The position numbers were made by a program, and so were the translations under genes. DNA of 63,327 nt, counting the filler, from Bigelowiella natans CCMP2755 (taxonomy: Eukaryota; Protista; Cercozoa): NCBI GenBank assembly GCA_000320545.1. It is 5 parts of 5 records of this genome, joined end to end, with 100 filler letters (N's around TTAATTAATTAA, not from the genome) between each part and the next. Parts side by side here need not be neighbours in the genome. Positions count along the whole stretch, not along the records: positions 25,863 to 44,170 come from ADNK01001029.1; positions 44,271 to 57,537 come from ADNK01001481.1; 3 more parts are not named here. One strand, 5' to 3'. Positions 33,746 through 48,187 of this stretch are shown here, one piece after another. The notes under the pieces are model-generated. The model was not told where the DNA came from and searched no databases. It worked only from the letters and a program-made list of their open reading frames with translations. Positions within the stretch are counted from its first letter, which is position 1. Every line of letters starts with the position of its first letter.

Positions 33746-35925
33746 TTATTCATTAATTCTATAGGATGAGCCCCAACTCTTGAATTTATCTTGCTCTGCT
33801 GTCATAGACTGAAACAGCTCTGCTTCCGACAGCCCCTGATTTTGCATCGACGTGCCTTGCCGATCCAACGAAATGCTGCCTGGAGAACGACTAGTACGGT
33901 TGCCGATTTTCAACTCCCCGCTTCTTGTATTTGTCCCAATTCCAGGATTATAAGTCGAGAATGTTTGGAATGCAGAAAGAGAAGATACTCCCTTTTGGGG
34001 TAATTCGTTTCCCATTTGTCGTCGCCCATCCGTGTTAGGGTGGCTTTGACTGAAGGTTTGTATTGGTTCCATATGCAAGTGATGGTGTGAATCTTGCCCG
34101 GTATTGTTATGGTGTGCCGAACGATACTGCAGATGTCGAAGCTGTCCTTGTCCGACTTTAAATGCTGACATGATAGCATAATTTTTTCCTGAAGGCAGAA
34201 GTGCTGCATACGGATTTTGCCTTGATAGAGGCTCTGGTCGATGATATTGTGGTTCCTATTTTAGGCACATTAGTAATGTCAAGAATGTTTTCAGATTGAA
34301 GACCACCTGTGGAATCGAGGATCTGAGGTAGTCATAGGTTGATTTAATTTCCTGAAGATTTGGTCGTTGGTTCCCAAGCTGTGAGTATTCGAAGGTTGAT
34401 TGAGCGAGGTTCGTTTCTGCCATTTTATTAAGAGCTTCATTTTGTTTATAATGGGCTTTAAGATGTACCTATGCATGTTTTAGTGTCAAGATAAAATAGA
34501 TTACATTACATTAGTAAAAAACTTCACTTTCAAATGGGACTTTTGCTTGAACTTTGCTGAACAAATTCCGCACAGAAATGGACGTTCCCTGAGAGAACAT
34601 CATTGACATAATGAAACCCATTTTACAGGGGGAAAATCTGAACATAATTGGAAATGATATGATACCCTGTGTGGACACGAACATGTCGTTGATATCTGAA
34701 AATAAGACTAATGCTCAGAATTGAACGTAAGACGTCAGTGTGATGTGTACTGTACTCGCTTCTACTTCGGAACATCTTGTTACATTGCGTGCAGCTCCAG
34801 CTGTAAATAAAACATGTGTTTAGCCTCGCACTAAAGAAGGATATGAGAAAGTCGACCTTTTTAATGTCATTGGTAAAGTAAATTGATTTGATGAGCTAGA
34901 TATTGAAGACCCAATTTGACTATCTTCTCCATCCATATTTATCTTAACATCTGATAAAACACTTTTTTGCGCTATAGCCATTGTTCTGGCTCCGACAATG
35001 TATCCTAATACTGGAAGCTTCTGACGATTGATTATCTCCATCATTCTATCGTCGGTGACCACGAAACTGAATGAAGAGGATAATTACAGGATTACAGGTA
35101 CATCTATCAATGAAACTATTTACTAATCAAGTTTTTTTGGAACTTATTCAGCTCTACCTTTCCTGCCCTTTTTGAGAAGCATGTGGTTTAATACTTGTTT
35201 GATATTCGGAGATCGGTATCGCATTGATTGGAATGGGCGTTTTTCTTGAAAGTGGACTTTTCTTCAATCCTGCTATTGAATGCCAATGACAACATTAATT
35301 GTAATTCAATGAATAATACATGACAGGACCTTGAGCTTTTGAATTCCAAGATTTGGTTGTTGCTGGTCTAGGTTTCTTTTTTGGAGGTTTTGTTGATGTT
35401 TCCAACCCAGGTACATGTGGTCTAACTTTCTTCTTCGGAGATCTAGTTGCTGATTCCAATCCAGTTGTATCATCCGGCGGCTTGGACGACATAATTTGTT
35501 CTTCTGTCAATTTTCCACGATGAAGCGGCGGAAGCAGCGCGGAAGAGTTGACGTTTTGCCAAGGGGGAGACGTTCCAGGCGCTGTGTGTGCGCGCAAGGA
35601 TGCCACTCCGCCTTTTGACCGTGTACGTGCAACAGATCGGATGATGGGCTAAATCTCAACGATACAAGCTTCATCCCGCGCAGCTGCTGCCTCTTAAGAA
35701 CTTAGGAGTACCGCGCTACCACAAGCCTCGTTATTTTTAGACCTCTGGTGTTGCTTTGCGATTATAGCTTGGAATCTCACGACCTTTTTCATGTGCGACA
35801 TCGCTTTGCTCACGTCGTCAGGGGCGGGTTTTCCATCGTTGGAGCTGTTCTGAAGCTGTTCGCTTTCGCATTCGAAGGAGAAATCAGATGCACTCTCGAC
35901 ATTGAAGCCCCTGGTCAACCCTCTA
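33746..35925 (-). CDS. C2H2 zinc-finger transcription factor (two fingers), multi-exon; start unresolved
   Basis: Four small exons at about 34800-34450 splice to WSCTQCNKMFRSRSE|YQRHVRVHTG|ERPFLCGICSAKFKQKSHLK|VHLKAH, with the canonical TGERP linker. NLS-like PKKKVR and PKKKPR lie upstream. Confidence 0.88.
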
Positions 35926-36696
35926 AAGATTATAATTGCAGCATTTCGTGTGATGTTTCGGTGAAATGGATGGTATTATGAAGATGTAGTGACGACTCAT
36001 TTACTTTTTCTGTGATCAAGTTCGCAACCGAGTGTGTCAAATTTCTCTGTTTGTTGTAATGTTTGTAGTGTTCCGCGGCACAATCCAACATGAACAAACG
36101 TTAGTTGTTTGAACGCGACAACTGTCAAGCAGAACAAATTTAGCTTCAACATCGCTCAATGCCAGCCGCAAAGTTAAACTTTGACAGGACATGCTCTATT
36201 TTCCTTCTGCGACACTTCTAGTTTCATGTCGCAAGAAATGTCTCAAAGGCCCAAGCAGCGTACTCGAATCAAGCATCGAACAATGCGATTCATGCGAGCA
36301 CCCGCTCTGATTTCGACAGGAATTTGCCCGTGTAACATCCAACCAAATCTCCAATTGTCTTCCCGACCACCACCGTTCAATCAGTCTAATTGCAAGCTTT
36401 GCTCAATTTTGGTGTGAATAAAGTCTCGATCAGTAGCGTGCGCGTTGTCGTCGTGCAGCCTGCTGAAGAAATTTTCACTGTTGTCAGAAGCACACACGAC
36501 GACGACACAACAGGCTGCAAATTTTACTCTTTCGATCAGAAGTTATGAGGTGTAATTGGGATGAATATGACTGCCAGATGTGGGCAAAAATGTAGCTTCG
36601 CACCCATTTATAATTGAAAGAGTTAAAACAAAACAAAATATATACCAAATACTTCTGAAATATATTGTCTAGGAAAAAAGTTGTGGACACGACCCC

Positions 36697-37318
36697 ATGC
36701 CTCTCCGACGAGCTCCATTCGCTTTGGCGAAGATCGTTCCCGTGTCAGTGTGTCCCCGGGCGCGTCTCGCGTCGAGACGAAGCAGGTTTATGTCATCGCT
36801 TACTCACGTTACCGAGGATAACCGCCCGACGATGAAGAGGTGAGGCGAGGCTCTCGAATCTGTTCTTTTTAGATGAGTTAGTTATGCTCGACGTACCTCC
36901 CACCTTCCACTGTTGCATCGCTAAAACGCCACGATCATGTCTTGTCTTTCTGCCAACATCCTCACGCAGCGTTACGAACAAGCGCGTAACGAAGAGGCTG
37001 GCGACGGCAGTATCGTCTGTCCTCCTACCCCCAGGTTGTAATTAGAGGTCAGGCCATAGTTTTCGAAATCAAGCACAATCCATTTCTTTTAGTCCGCGGT
37101 CACACCAACATGGCGACCAAGCTTCATGTGCTACATGCACGGTATTTTATTCACCATATCAACGTAACCCTCTCGCCCCCTTCCCCTCTTGACTCCATTC
37201 CTTAGTCGTTCTGGATGGAATTCAAGACGCAGAACAACCGAAAGACGATGATGGGAAGCATACGAATGATACTGCTAATGATACTGCTGCTGCGGGGGGT
37301 TCAAGGTGTGTAGTAACA

Positions 37319-37362
<44 letters not shown>

Positions 37363-38834
37363 GGGGGGGGTCAATATGCGTAACAATGAAACGTCCAAAG
37401 AAGGTATGCAAAACAGAGCGAACGAAAGGGGAGGGGGAAGGGAAGATTCTATCAGCATTGTTATGCGAAGGAAGGAAAAGCACATTGTTTCGTGAGACCA
37501 AAATGAACTATTGCAACTCTTTGCCATGCAAGTATTGTTGTTATCATCATTCCTCAAGTTATCATGCCATAAGACTTTCTCTTTGTGTCTCCTCTTCGCT
37601 TGTGGGCATAAAAGCGAGATTTCGAGTAAGAAAGGACCTGTATTTGCGACGGCGATAATCGCGGGAACGATGGTAGTAGACACCCAATTTCTTGTTTTCC
37701 ACCAAACAGAAAATGAACGACGATTCCCTTCTCTTGTTGTATATTGTGTCTGTCTTCCTAGTCTTTGCCGACGAGTTTCACATATCGAGGATGCGTTCAT
37801 TTACATCGATACGGTGATGTGTTGCAATGCACGTTCGCAGGCTGTAAAGAGGACATCTGATCTTATTCCATTCTGCCACCCGCTTCCAATTGAAGTAATA
37901 AACCCCGTCGTCATCGTTGTCCGCGTGCTTCATTGGGTGGTGTTGGTGACTATGGGTAGAGAGCTCGTCAATCCCCGTAGACGATGTGATATATCACAAT
38001 CATTTGGTCATATTTGTGTGTGTGTGTGAATGTGTGCATCCATTAGGCCTGCACTATTGATGTTCAGCTGGAGCCTCAACCGAATGGGTTATCGACTGAT
38101 GTTTCCTTTACAGGGGCTTGTCTGCTTTCTTCCCCTCAATATCATCGAAGAGAGAGAAGGGGGGAGAGGGGGAGGGGCTTAGTTACGGAGATTAGCTTCT
38201 TCGCTGAGAGCAGCAAAGATGCGCATTTCACAGCTGCAGCGGGCATGAATTGGAAATATGTCTCCTGTAGATATGCGAAGGCCAACATCGAGTGCACGGT
38301 GGAAGTGACCTCTAAGACCGGGGTAGTACACAGTAGTATTACGCGTGAGTTTGTAAAGTAGGGGAAGGGTCAGCTCACCTGAGCGAGAAATAAGGAAAAA
38401 TCTTTTTCGCAGTGTGATGATCCAGAGTGCCAATCCGCAAGCGTTTTCGCTTATGGCGTAATACCCGAGCATTAGAAACCAAATCGCTTCGATTCCTTGC
38501 TCTCAGGTGTGCGTGCGTGTGTATTTGTGTGTGTTTCTTAGGTTGAGATGGAGGCACTTACGGGAGCGTCTGTCTGTGCCCTAACGATTTACGATATGCT
38601 TAAGGTACGCACCATCGTATATCATACGTGAACATGCATGGCATGCAGAGCAGCGCGACGATCATTAATTTACATGTCGAGTGGCTCGCGTGGCAATGGC
38701 CATTGCGCGTAGCTTGGCGTATGTACTTTCCGCTATGAGTATAGAGACATGCTACACACAGCACGGTCTTCCAAACTACGGCGTCATTCAGAGACCATGC
38801 ACATGTGTCAAAGTGACAAACACATGCACACAGT

Positions 38835-38869
<35 letters not shown>

Positions 38870-38992
38870 CTTATTCACACCTGATGATGGTGGTAGGCCC
38901 TCTCCCAAGAAATGGTGATAGAAAACACGAAGATCGTGCGCAAAACCGGAGGGAAATCCGACATAGGAGGGAAGGCATTCGTTGATTCGTAG
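36697..38992 (+). CDS. moaC: Cyclic pyranopterin monophosphate synthase MoaC (MOCS1B/CNX3) with R-rich mitochondrial-type leader
   Basis: SSLTHVTEDNRPTM, KRVTKRLATA, KKGPVFATAIIAGTM|AVKRTSDLIPFCHPLPIE, KTG|VEMEALTGASVCALTIYDMLK|A, KTGGKSD. Confidence 0.95.
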
Positions 38993-40006
38993 CAGCCACT
39001 TGCGAGTAGTGCGGAGTAGACCGAAGACCATATATATTCAAAGAAATCGTTTACTGCGAGCACAGCGCACATAGCTAGATGGGAATAGCTCTAGCACTAG
39101 CAATGTAGCAATCATGATGAGTGCCATGAGAATCGCGGGTGCAGCAGATTCCTATAGTCCTTGTGGAGAGACATGTGTGCAATACAAGCGATGCATGGCG
39201 AGAGTGAGCAAGATGTACAACACAATAACGCATGCCAATCCCATATGTTCATTCATTTGTACGTGAGCCTTTCTAGCTTTGCTCTCTTGGCCTTGCCTGT
39301 GCAAAGCGTTGCGAAGTCAAGCAAGCTCTGTCTTCGACATCACATTCCCATGCATTTCATGTCATTGCTGCATATGTGCTGCGATGTGCAAATGATTGTG
39401 CATGCGAAAAAGAGTGTGTGCCAGGCTAGCAAGTGCATTGCTTGCTAGCTTGTGTTTGTGTATCGCGAGCCTTACGTGCATGATCTTGATTGAAACAACT
39501 CGCACTATCTAGCTATCCATGTTTGACAACCAACAGCAAACATCTGCGCCTTCCGTTGCAACTCTTTATTTGCATTTTGGAAGTCCAAAATCCGATTGCT
39601 GATCACCATCAAGTTGCGTACAAGTGTTCGATCATGTCACAGTGGACACAGCGCTCATCTAGCTACATTGAGGCGCTTCGATTTGGCCAGGCCATGTATG
39701 TGTGCACAAACGTCAGCAACACATGCGATGATGCTGTTTTTGCACTCACGATCGGAGATAAAAGATGCACAGGTGACGATTGCTAATTGTAACTATTTTT
39801 CAGGTTATTATTCGACACCAATCAGGAAATATTGTGGCGCTATTTACTTTCGTTGCTGAGCAAGCTGACACGACTAGAAACTTACTCTTAGGATATGTTA
39901 CAGTGACAACCAGGCTACTCTTCCTTCTCCTACCAGGAAGTAGGGGAGGGCAGGAGAAGATCGGATAGACCTTCATTGCATCAGAGGCAATGACAGGATA
40001 TAAGCA

Positions 40007-40045
<39 letters not shown>

Positions 40046-40100
40046 CACACACACACGAGGCAGACACGCATGTTGATGACGCATTTCCTCTGTTCCTCCA

Positions 40101-40642
40101 TTATTCAACCAGAGAGGGGATATCTCGCTTCTTCCTTGGAGTGGGCGATGATAATGACGACGACGACGACGACGACGATGACAATGACGATGACGATGAG
40201 GATGGTGACGATCGGCCGAGGTGATGATGAAGAAGAGGGCTCATTTCATCTTTGTTGTTGTTGGTGGTGGGTATCTTCGCTAGCAACGCTGCCAGATCCG
40301 CCTCCCTCCGGTCCAACTGAAGAACGGTAATAAAACGACAACATCGTTCTCATCACGACGGATCAAAGCTACATATAGGGGGGAAAGAGACGCTTTTGCA
40401 CACTGCTGCGACAGGGTCGAACAAGACCGTCGGCTTGTCCTTCACATTGTGGAGATCAGTGCAAGGTACTAGCGGGTACCTCTGCCTCCCGCTGTCTCAG
40501 ACGCGACTCCCGCCGTTCCAAATCGGCCAGTTCCGTGCGATCTCTCAGCTCATACATCTCCATCCGCAGAGGGTCCCTCATCACATCCTGGGTACGGGAG
40601 GAGGAGTATATGCGTGATGATTTTCATCGTTGCAAAGAAAAA

Positions 40643-40684
<42 letters not shown>

Positions 40685-40876
40685 ACCTGAAATCCTTCTC
40701 GGGGAGTCCTCACGCCATCTAGTATGTCCGCCACTCCAAAAATTATGGGATACTGCAATTGAACGGGCGCGCGAGGGGGAGGGGGGGGGGGGGGGAGGAA
40801 GGTAAAAAAGGGGCCACTTCTCCCTTCCCTCCTCTATCACTCTCACCCAATACATGCACAATATAAACCGCTCTGC

Positions 40877-40924
<48 letters not shown>

Positions 40925-43770
40925 CTACTACAACCTTGAGATCGACACGATACGACTTGTCCGTGTTTCTAATAAGCTTGATGAGAGCTCTGGCAGTGGG
41001 AACGCCCTCAGCGACTTGGCTCATCTAGCATGCAGCCGCCATCACCACCACCAACCAATGAATGAATGAATGAATGAATGAGCAGCAACAACGCCAATAA
41101 CAACAACAAGTAACAGGAAGAGTGTGTGGTTTGGATGTGATTGCCTACGGTAGAGAAGGAAGCAGAGAGGATGAATGACAGCACTAACAACAACCCCCCC
41201 CCCACCACACACCCGGCCGTTCCCCCCTCCCCCCTTCTGCTAAGTATCACTGAATTGTGAGAGGAAAATATAATCGCAGCTCTGTAGGCGTCTCAGAAAA
41301 ATAATAGTGAAAAAATTGAAAAAAAAAGACAAAGGTTCAAGATTTTGAGATATCTTTCCCCCCCCCTCTCCCCCCCCCCCCTTCCCCCCCCTCCTCCCTC
41401 TCCAAGCTCCGTTCACCACATGGACGAGGGGCTAAGCTTACGAACGACGCACCGAGGCCTGAATATCTTCGATCTTTTCCCCGCGGCCTATCCTGAGAAA
41501 CAGCATGTGTGACCGAAAGGGACAAAACCAACTCCGACGTGATGATGGTGATGATGATAATGATTACGATGATGATGATGATGAGGAGGAGGAGGAGGAG
41601 GGGGGGTGAAAGGGGAGCAGCAGCAGCGAATGCAACCACCTTTCTCCCGTTATCCTATTACGGGACATCGGACCAAAGCAGGTGCCAAAGGTGTCGCCGA
41701 AGCCTGAATGAAGAAAGAGCAAGGAAGGCCAAGGTTCAAACCGTCATCATTGCTCATCAACGCCGTTGTAAGCATTCTTATCGTAACTATCATTGTCATT
41801 ATCATCAGAATATTCTATATCTGCTGCAGCGTTATTAGTAGTGGTGGAGGAGGAGGGGGAATGAAGGTCCAACAGCAAAACACACACACACCTGCAAGGC
41901 CAGTAAGAGTGCCCTAGTCAAAGGAGGGGTGGGGGGGGGGGGGAGAACATCATTCCAACATACATCAGAACGATCACATCCAGCGACGACACCGATCACA
42001 GCACACACGCATACACACACGCATACGCGCACAAGCAAGACTCAAACGTATGCAAAGCACGTTCTCAGTAGCGCAATATCATGCGTAAAGCTCTTCTCTA
42101 CGTCGTCTCTCCTCTCTCCGTGTTTCTCCCCGTCCCTCCTCCTCGCCCCCCCCTTCTGATTCTATGTTCCGTCTCCTTTTGTTGGGGCAAAATTGCTACA
42201 ACTACAACAACAACTACTACTACTACTACTACTACTACTATTAGTACTACCTGCTTCGCTCCGAGAAGTAGTCCAAGGCGCCGCATTTCGTAACACCCTC
42301 GCGTGACGATTGCAGACCGCGCATTCATTCCAAGCTGCAGACCCTGATGAGGTAAGATGAAATGAGAGAAAAAGCACCGCACAAGCCTCCTGCCTCTTCC
42401 GCCCCGTCCCTCTCCTCCTCCCTTCCTTCCTCCTCCTAATACTACTACTAAGAATCGTTTGGTAGGCTAGTCTCCTGACCCCCACGATGAGGCACCGTAT
42501 TGGTGGTCGTTGTGTTAATATTCTAGCTTACCTCGGCGATGCCTGCAGCTAACGCTATGACGTTCTTCAGAGCCCCGCCAACCTGCCGACACCCCACACA
42601 CACACACACACACACACGCATACACATCATCATCATATCATCACCATCATCATCATCCATCATCATCATTAGTCGAAGGGGGGGGGGGGGAGAGTATGCG
42701 AGGGAACGTAAAGGCTTTGAGCTCAATACTTTCTGCTCGTAGCTGTGATAAAAGATGTTACTGTTATTTTATAAATTTAGAGTCTTAAATGCGTCTCCCC
42801 CCCCCCCCCCCCCCCCCCCGTTCCCACTTTCAACCACACACTCGACCTCAACTCCGACCACATCGGTGGTCGCATAAGTCCGCAGCCTATAGTCATATAT
42901 GAGAGAGTTGTATGTGGATGTGCGTGAGTGAGAGAGCGTGCTGTCTTTTTTAACTTGCCACGTGATACTCGCAGGGTGCTCACGTTAATTTTCTCAATGA
43001 AAACACATCCGTTTCTTCGCTGTACCGACCTTTCACTCGCCAGCATAGCTGCGACTCTACGTGCCATGCTGAGTGGGGTGGGTTGATGGTGATGATGATG
43101 ATGATGCAGGAGAGGGCACACACACACACACACACACAGACACACACACACAGACACACAACGCACACACACGCACACGTGTCCAAAGCACGTCTTCGCG
43201 GGATTACAATAAATCAGATCTATCAATGACTCCTCCTCCTCCTCCTCCTCCTCCTCCTCCTCCTCCTTCGCCTCTTTCTGCTCGCATTACCGACTGTCCT
43301 CACTAGCTACGACTAACGCCGTTGCCTTTCCTCGTGACACCTCATCCGCGAATGAAGGGCTTTTGTAGCACACGACGACATACCAAAGCAAAGCACACAC
43401 ACAAACACACAGAGAGAGACAGATCAGATCATAGTGGTAATAGTAATAGTAGTAGTGGTAGTAGTTCTTGAATACATACGCATAAATACATATTCTATAT
43501 TCGTCTTATGGCGAAAGCAGCAGCAGTAGTAGCATCAACCCGGAAATGAAGGCCAATGGAGGCACAGTCTCCCCCCCTTCACTCAGCGTCTGCTCGCGTT
43601 AGATCGGATAGGGATACGGTGGTGGCGATGTTAGTGTGGGGCTTGAGACGGGGTGTGGGGGGAACGGTGTAGTAGAGGAGAGAAATATTTGTCAATTTTC
43701 TTGTTCTCCTTGGCACCAACCTCATCATCATCAATAGCGTCATTTCTTATCTCCATGTCCACATACACAC

Positions 43771-43809
<39 letters not shown>

Positions 43810-44130
43810 ATATAGCTTCATAGTTTACTAAGCACAGCCAACGGATGATTCGGCTGCTCTGTCCTCCTCCTGCTCACCTCATTGATCACTTCGTGCATGA
43901 GACTCTGTGAGGCCACCTAGCAGCAGCAGCAGCAGCAGTAGAAGCAGGGCGGATATTAGGGCAGGAGAGAGGAGGAGGAGGAGGAGGAGGAGGAGGAGGT
44001 GTTAATTGTGAATGCGAGTAGTTTTCAATACTACCTCAATACCCTTCGAGCATGACACAATCGGCGTGCTCTTAGGTAGATAGGGACGGACGCTCTTCAG
44101 AAAGACCCTGCTTGCTTGAACGGGAATCTT
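40101..44130 (-). CDS. gpsA: NAD(P)H-dependent glycerol-3-phosphate dehydrogenase (GpsA-type); 5' part lost at the gap
   Basis: IPVQ..PIVSCSK|GIE, PSFADEV, VGGALKNVIALAAGIAE|GLQLGMNARSAIVTRGCYEMRRLG, GFGDTFGTCFGPMSRN, VAEGVPTARA, YPIIFGVADIL. Confidence 0.92.
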
Positions 44131-44170
44131 AGAGGAGAACAGGGGGGGGGGGGAGGGGGGGGGGGGGGGG

Positions 44171-44270
44171 NNNNNNNNNNNNNNNNNNNNNNNNNNNNNN
44201 NNNNNNNNNNNNNNTTAATTAATTAANNNNNNNNNNNNNNNNNNNNNNNNNNNNNNNNNNNNNNNNNNNN
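44171..44270. other. Assembly gap with artificial linker
   Basis: 100 nt of N with a central TTAATTAATTAA. Confidence 0.98.
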
Positions 44271-44411
44271 TGGCGGGTGGGGTGGGGGGGGGGGGGGGTG
44301 AGAATCGTTAAACTGATGATTAAATAGTCCTCGCGCATAGCAACAACAAACACGACGCGCGAGTGCATACTTCCAGGGAAGGATATTAAAAAAAAGGAAT
44401 AAGGATCTTAC

Positions 44412-44773
44412 TCGAGCCTTTTAGCAATCGAGTGGGGATTCAGGTGTTCGCCGCGAGCATGGCCACTTCCATTGGCATTCTTCTGTGTTGAAAGACTCAA
44501 TTGCATAACGCCAATTGGAACTCCGAATTTGGACTCTAAGGCCTTATAGAGCTGCTTCAAGGGTTGATTTCTGTGGGTGTGTGACAAAGGCAGTGTGGAC
44601 GGGGAAAACGAGGGGGGGGGGGTAAGGAGTCGTCGATATTTTCATTGATAACTTGCAAAGATTGTCATCATCATCATCATAATCATGATCGTTATAGCAT
44701 TACAAATCCTCTCTCCTCCCTATTTTTATTAACATAGCGTATTTTTTGAAAAGATCTCTTGCTCGCCTGTGTT

Positions 44774-44808
<35 letters not shown>

Positions 44809-46844
44809 TGTCATCGATCATCGTCGTCAGCGTCGTCGTTGTCCATGGAATGTTGGTCATAATCATAGCCGTGAAACATACAGCTGAAACATACAGCTGA
44901 ATACGAATACGAATCTTCTTCCTCCATTTGGCCGGGCGAGGCAGCATCTTGCCGGTAGCCTTCTCCACAGCCTCCAGACACTTTTTATTCGCGACAACGA
45001 TGACATCGAATTTAACGTCCATTTGAGATGATGACCCCGCTGCTGCTGCGGCTGCTGACGATGGCAGTTCTTTCCTTCGATCATCGCCGTCGTCGCACTC
45101 GCTCGCATCCTCATCACAAAACTCGCAGAGGTCAGGCCCATAGTCGGTGATAGCATCAGTAATAGTTGTAATGGGGCTGCCCGCTGCGGCATCGGAATAC
45201 GCATCGTCATCTTCTTCGTCTTCTTCGGGTTCAGCGCCGCCATTGCTGGCTCGAATGGCCTTGCCACCTCGCACATGCTTGCCGTCGCCCTTGGCGTCTC
45301 CCTGCAATGACAGTTGCGGTTGAAGTTCATCATAGCCGCCTACTTCACTATCATCTTCATTGAGGGGAGAGGGGCGGAGCGGGGAGAAAGTCGCAGCAGG
45401 TGCTACGGTGCAAGACGGGTGTCCCCCGCCCCCACCTCCATAGCGCAGCGGATCAAGGTTGGTGGGGGTTTCGGCTGGGAGAGGTTGGTGAAGAGGAGAA
45501 TCAAGTTGTGCTCTTGGACTTTCATCGTCTCCTTTCCCCTCACCTGCGGTCTTCCCGTCGTCTCTCTCTGGGGACTTCATCAACTCGTCCATGGCAGCAG
45601 TAACAACGCCTTTGAATCGGAGCGCCCCAGCCCTAGTGACAGTGTTCCCTTGGCCGTCATCGACGTCTGGAAGCCATCGTCATTATTTGATAATGCTTCG
45701 ATTCAGTATGGCGTAATATCAGCTCTGCCCTCCTCGTCCCCTCCCCCCCCTCTCCAAACCTCCTCTCTAGCCCCCATTACTGTTTACGTTTTTAGTAAAG
45801 AAAAGTACCTTCGCAATGAATGTCGTTGTACTTGTGGATCTGCCAAAGCAAAAAATGAAAGGAGCAAAAGGTACAGGGAGGAAGGGGGACAACCGGGGGA
45901 AAAAATTGGAGGGGGGAAATAACAAATAAATGTGTGTGCTAGGAGGGCGAGCATCATTAGCAAGGAAGACAGGAAGTAAGGGGTAGATAAAGGCCACGGT
46001 GAAAGAGAAAATGTGCGTGCTTTCAGGTCATTGATTATTATGTTTCCAAACGGCATTGGCCATGCAAAATGGTGATTTTATGTTTAGTAAGAATTCTCTT
46101 CTTATTCCTCCTCTTCCTCTTCTTCTTCTTCTTCTTCCTCGTTTTCCCTGCCCACCTCATACGTGACAGCTTCCTTTACCTGAGAGACCAACGAGACATT
46201 AGTCAGTAACAGCGCACCAAGGAGCGCAATCAGAGCAGTAGGAGCGCAAGGTTATGCTTGGAAACACGCACGAGAAACCGTGTTACTAATCTACATTTGC
46301 AGCTGTCGTAGAAGGGAGATGCAGAGAATATCTCAGAGGCCGACGTTCAAGCGGATGGGCGAGTCGATCATTGATGTTTTCATTCATAATTAAAAAATAG
46401 AAATAAAAAAAAAGAACGCTTCAAAAACAATAGCTGCTAGTGATGCTGTTTGCCTTTTTCCGGAGAGCATCAGCCCGCTCCTTCGCTCGTCTTCTCTCAT
46501 CCACCGCCTCTTTTGGCATGAATGCCCTGGGATTTCTGGTCATCTCGACGAATTTGTGCGGTGCTATCAGCCTGTGTGCAAACATCCAAAAACACACTCG
46601 CAAATACTAAAGCAACACACAATATACAGTTAGGCAGCGCACGATACAACTCCTCGCCAGCGTCCATACCCAGCTTGTAACTCATTTCCCACGTGCGGCT
46701 CCTTCAACGCATGCAACACATCGCGAATTCGAGCCCCGTATTCACTTTTCCCTTTCTCTTCTGGATGAATTTTGAGAGGGGAGACTGATCAACTAGCGTT
46801 CTAGGGAGGAATGGCGCAAAAACATTCACAGCCGTGCGTGCACA

Positions 46845-46940
<96 letters not shown>

Positions 46941-47322
46941 AGTAGTAGACGAGAAGTGAAAATATTTATATATGGCACTGAGCAGTAAGACGATCTAGTG
47001 GATTAGGATAAAGGTGCTATATTCAGAGAGATTATGAAGGGTTTCACAAAAAAAGCAGCAAGATAACTGGTCTCGGCGTATATCTCCTCCTCTATCATAG
47101 TGCGGATAGCGCCTTCCCCATCGACTTCCGCATCATATATTGCCTTCCTTAGGAAGTGGAGGGTGCGCTGCCGCGTTGCCTTGTCCACGCCGTTGCTGTC
47201 TGCTGCTGCTGAGGCGGAGGCATTGCTTCTTCTGCTGGTGAGGTTTGTTCTCCTCTTGCGTTTCCCTCTGCGAGTGGCCTGATAAAGCAACACACAGTTG
47301 ATCGGCTTATCGTATAAACTTA

Positions 47323-47367
<45 letters not shown>

Positions 47368-48119
47368 TGTATATTGATATTGACGTATGCACGCGCACGG
47401 CTCCGAATGACTCCTAGTAAAATGGACGAAGAGGTTGGGAAGGCACGCCTGCGCGTGTGAAGTGTGTTTCGTTATAGCCGCATCACCTTGTGGGATGAGC
47501 TATGCTGCTGCTGCTGCTTTCTCTTCTTCAGATTCAGCCAATGAGAGGGGGTAATACGGGAAGAGGACCGACCTCGTTCGTATTTGTAGCTATCACTACT
47601 TGCATCGTCATCTTCATCGTCATCGTTGTGGTCATCGTCAACTAGAAGAGAGAGATCCATGCAATTGTTGCCTATTTTGAACGGTTCTCTGACGAGCGGC
47701 TCCTCACCTATCTTGTTTTCTACTTCTTCTTCGCCGTCGCTATCGATTGCATCACAGCTTTCATCGTCGTCATAGACGCAGTAGTCGTCTTCATCTCGAC
47801 GTTCTCGCGTTTCGTGGCTCTCCCATTTTGATCTCCGCTTTTTCTCTCGAGTTTCCGTGTTGTGATTTCTGGCCACGGAATTGTTGGTGCTATTCCTTTC
47901 AATGCGGAGCAGGGTGGTTCGAATGAGTTTCCCTCCCTTCTCGGCCGCAGAGATTTGCAGGGATTTTGGCTGTATCTCTGTCTTTGGAGGCGGCCGTGAG
48001 CTCTGCGGCTTTTAAAGAAATGATTATGACCGGGAATAGCTGCATCGAAAGGCGTCGTTATGTGTACACATGATGCTTCAAACGGGTATACCGTCCCATT
48101 TATGTTGTTTTCATCACGG

Positions 48120-48187
<68 letters not shown>
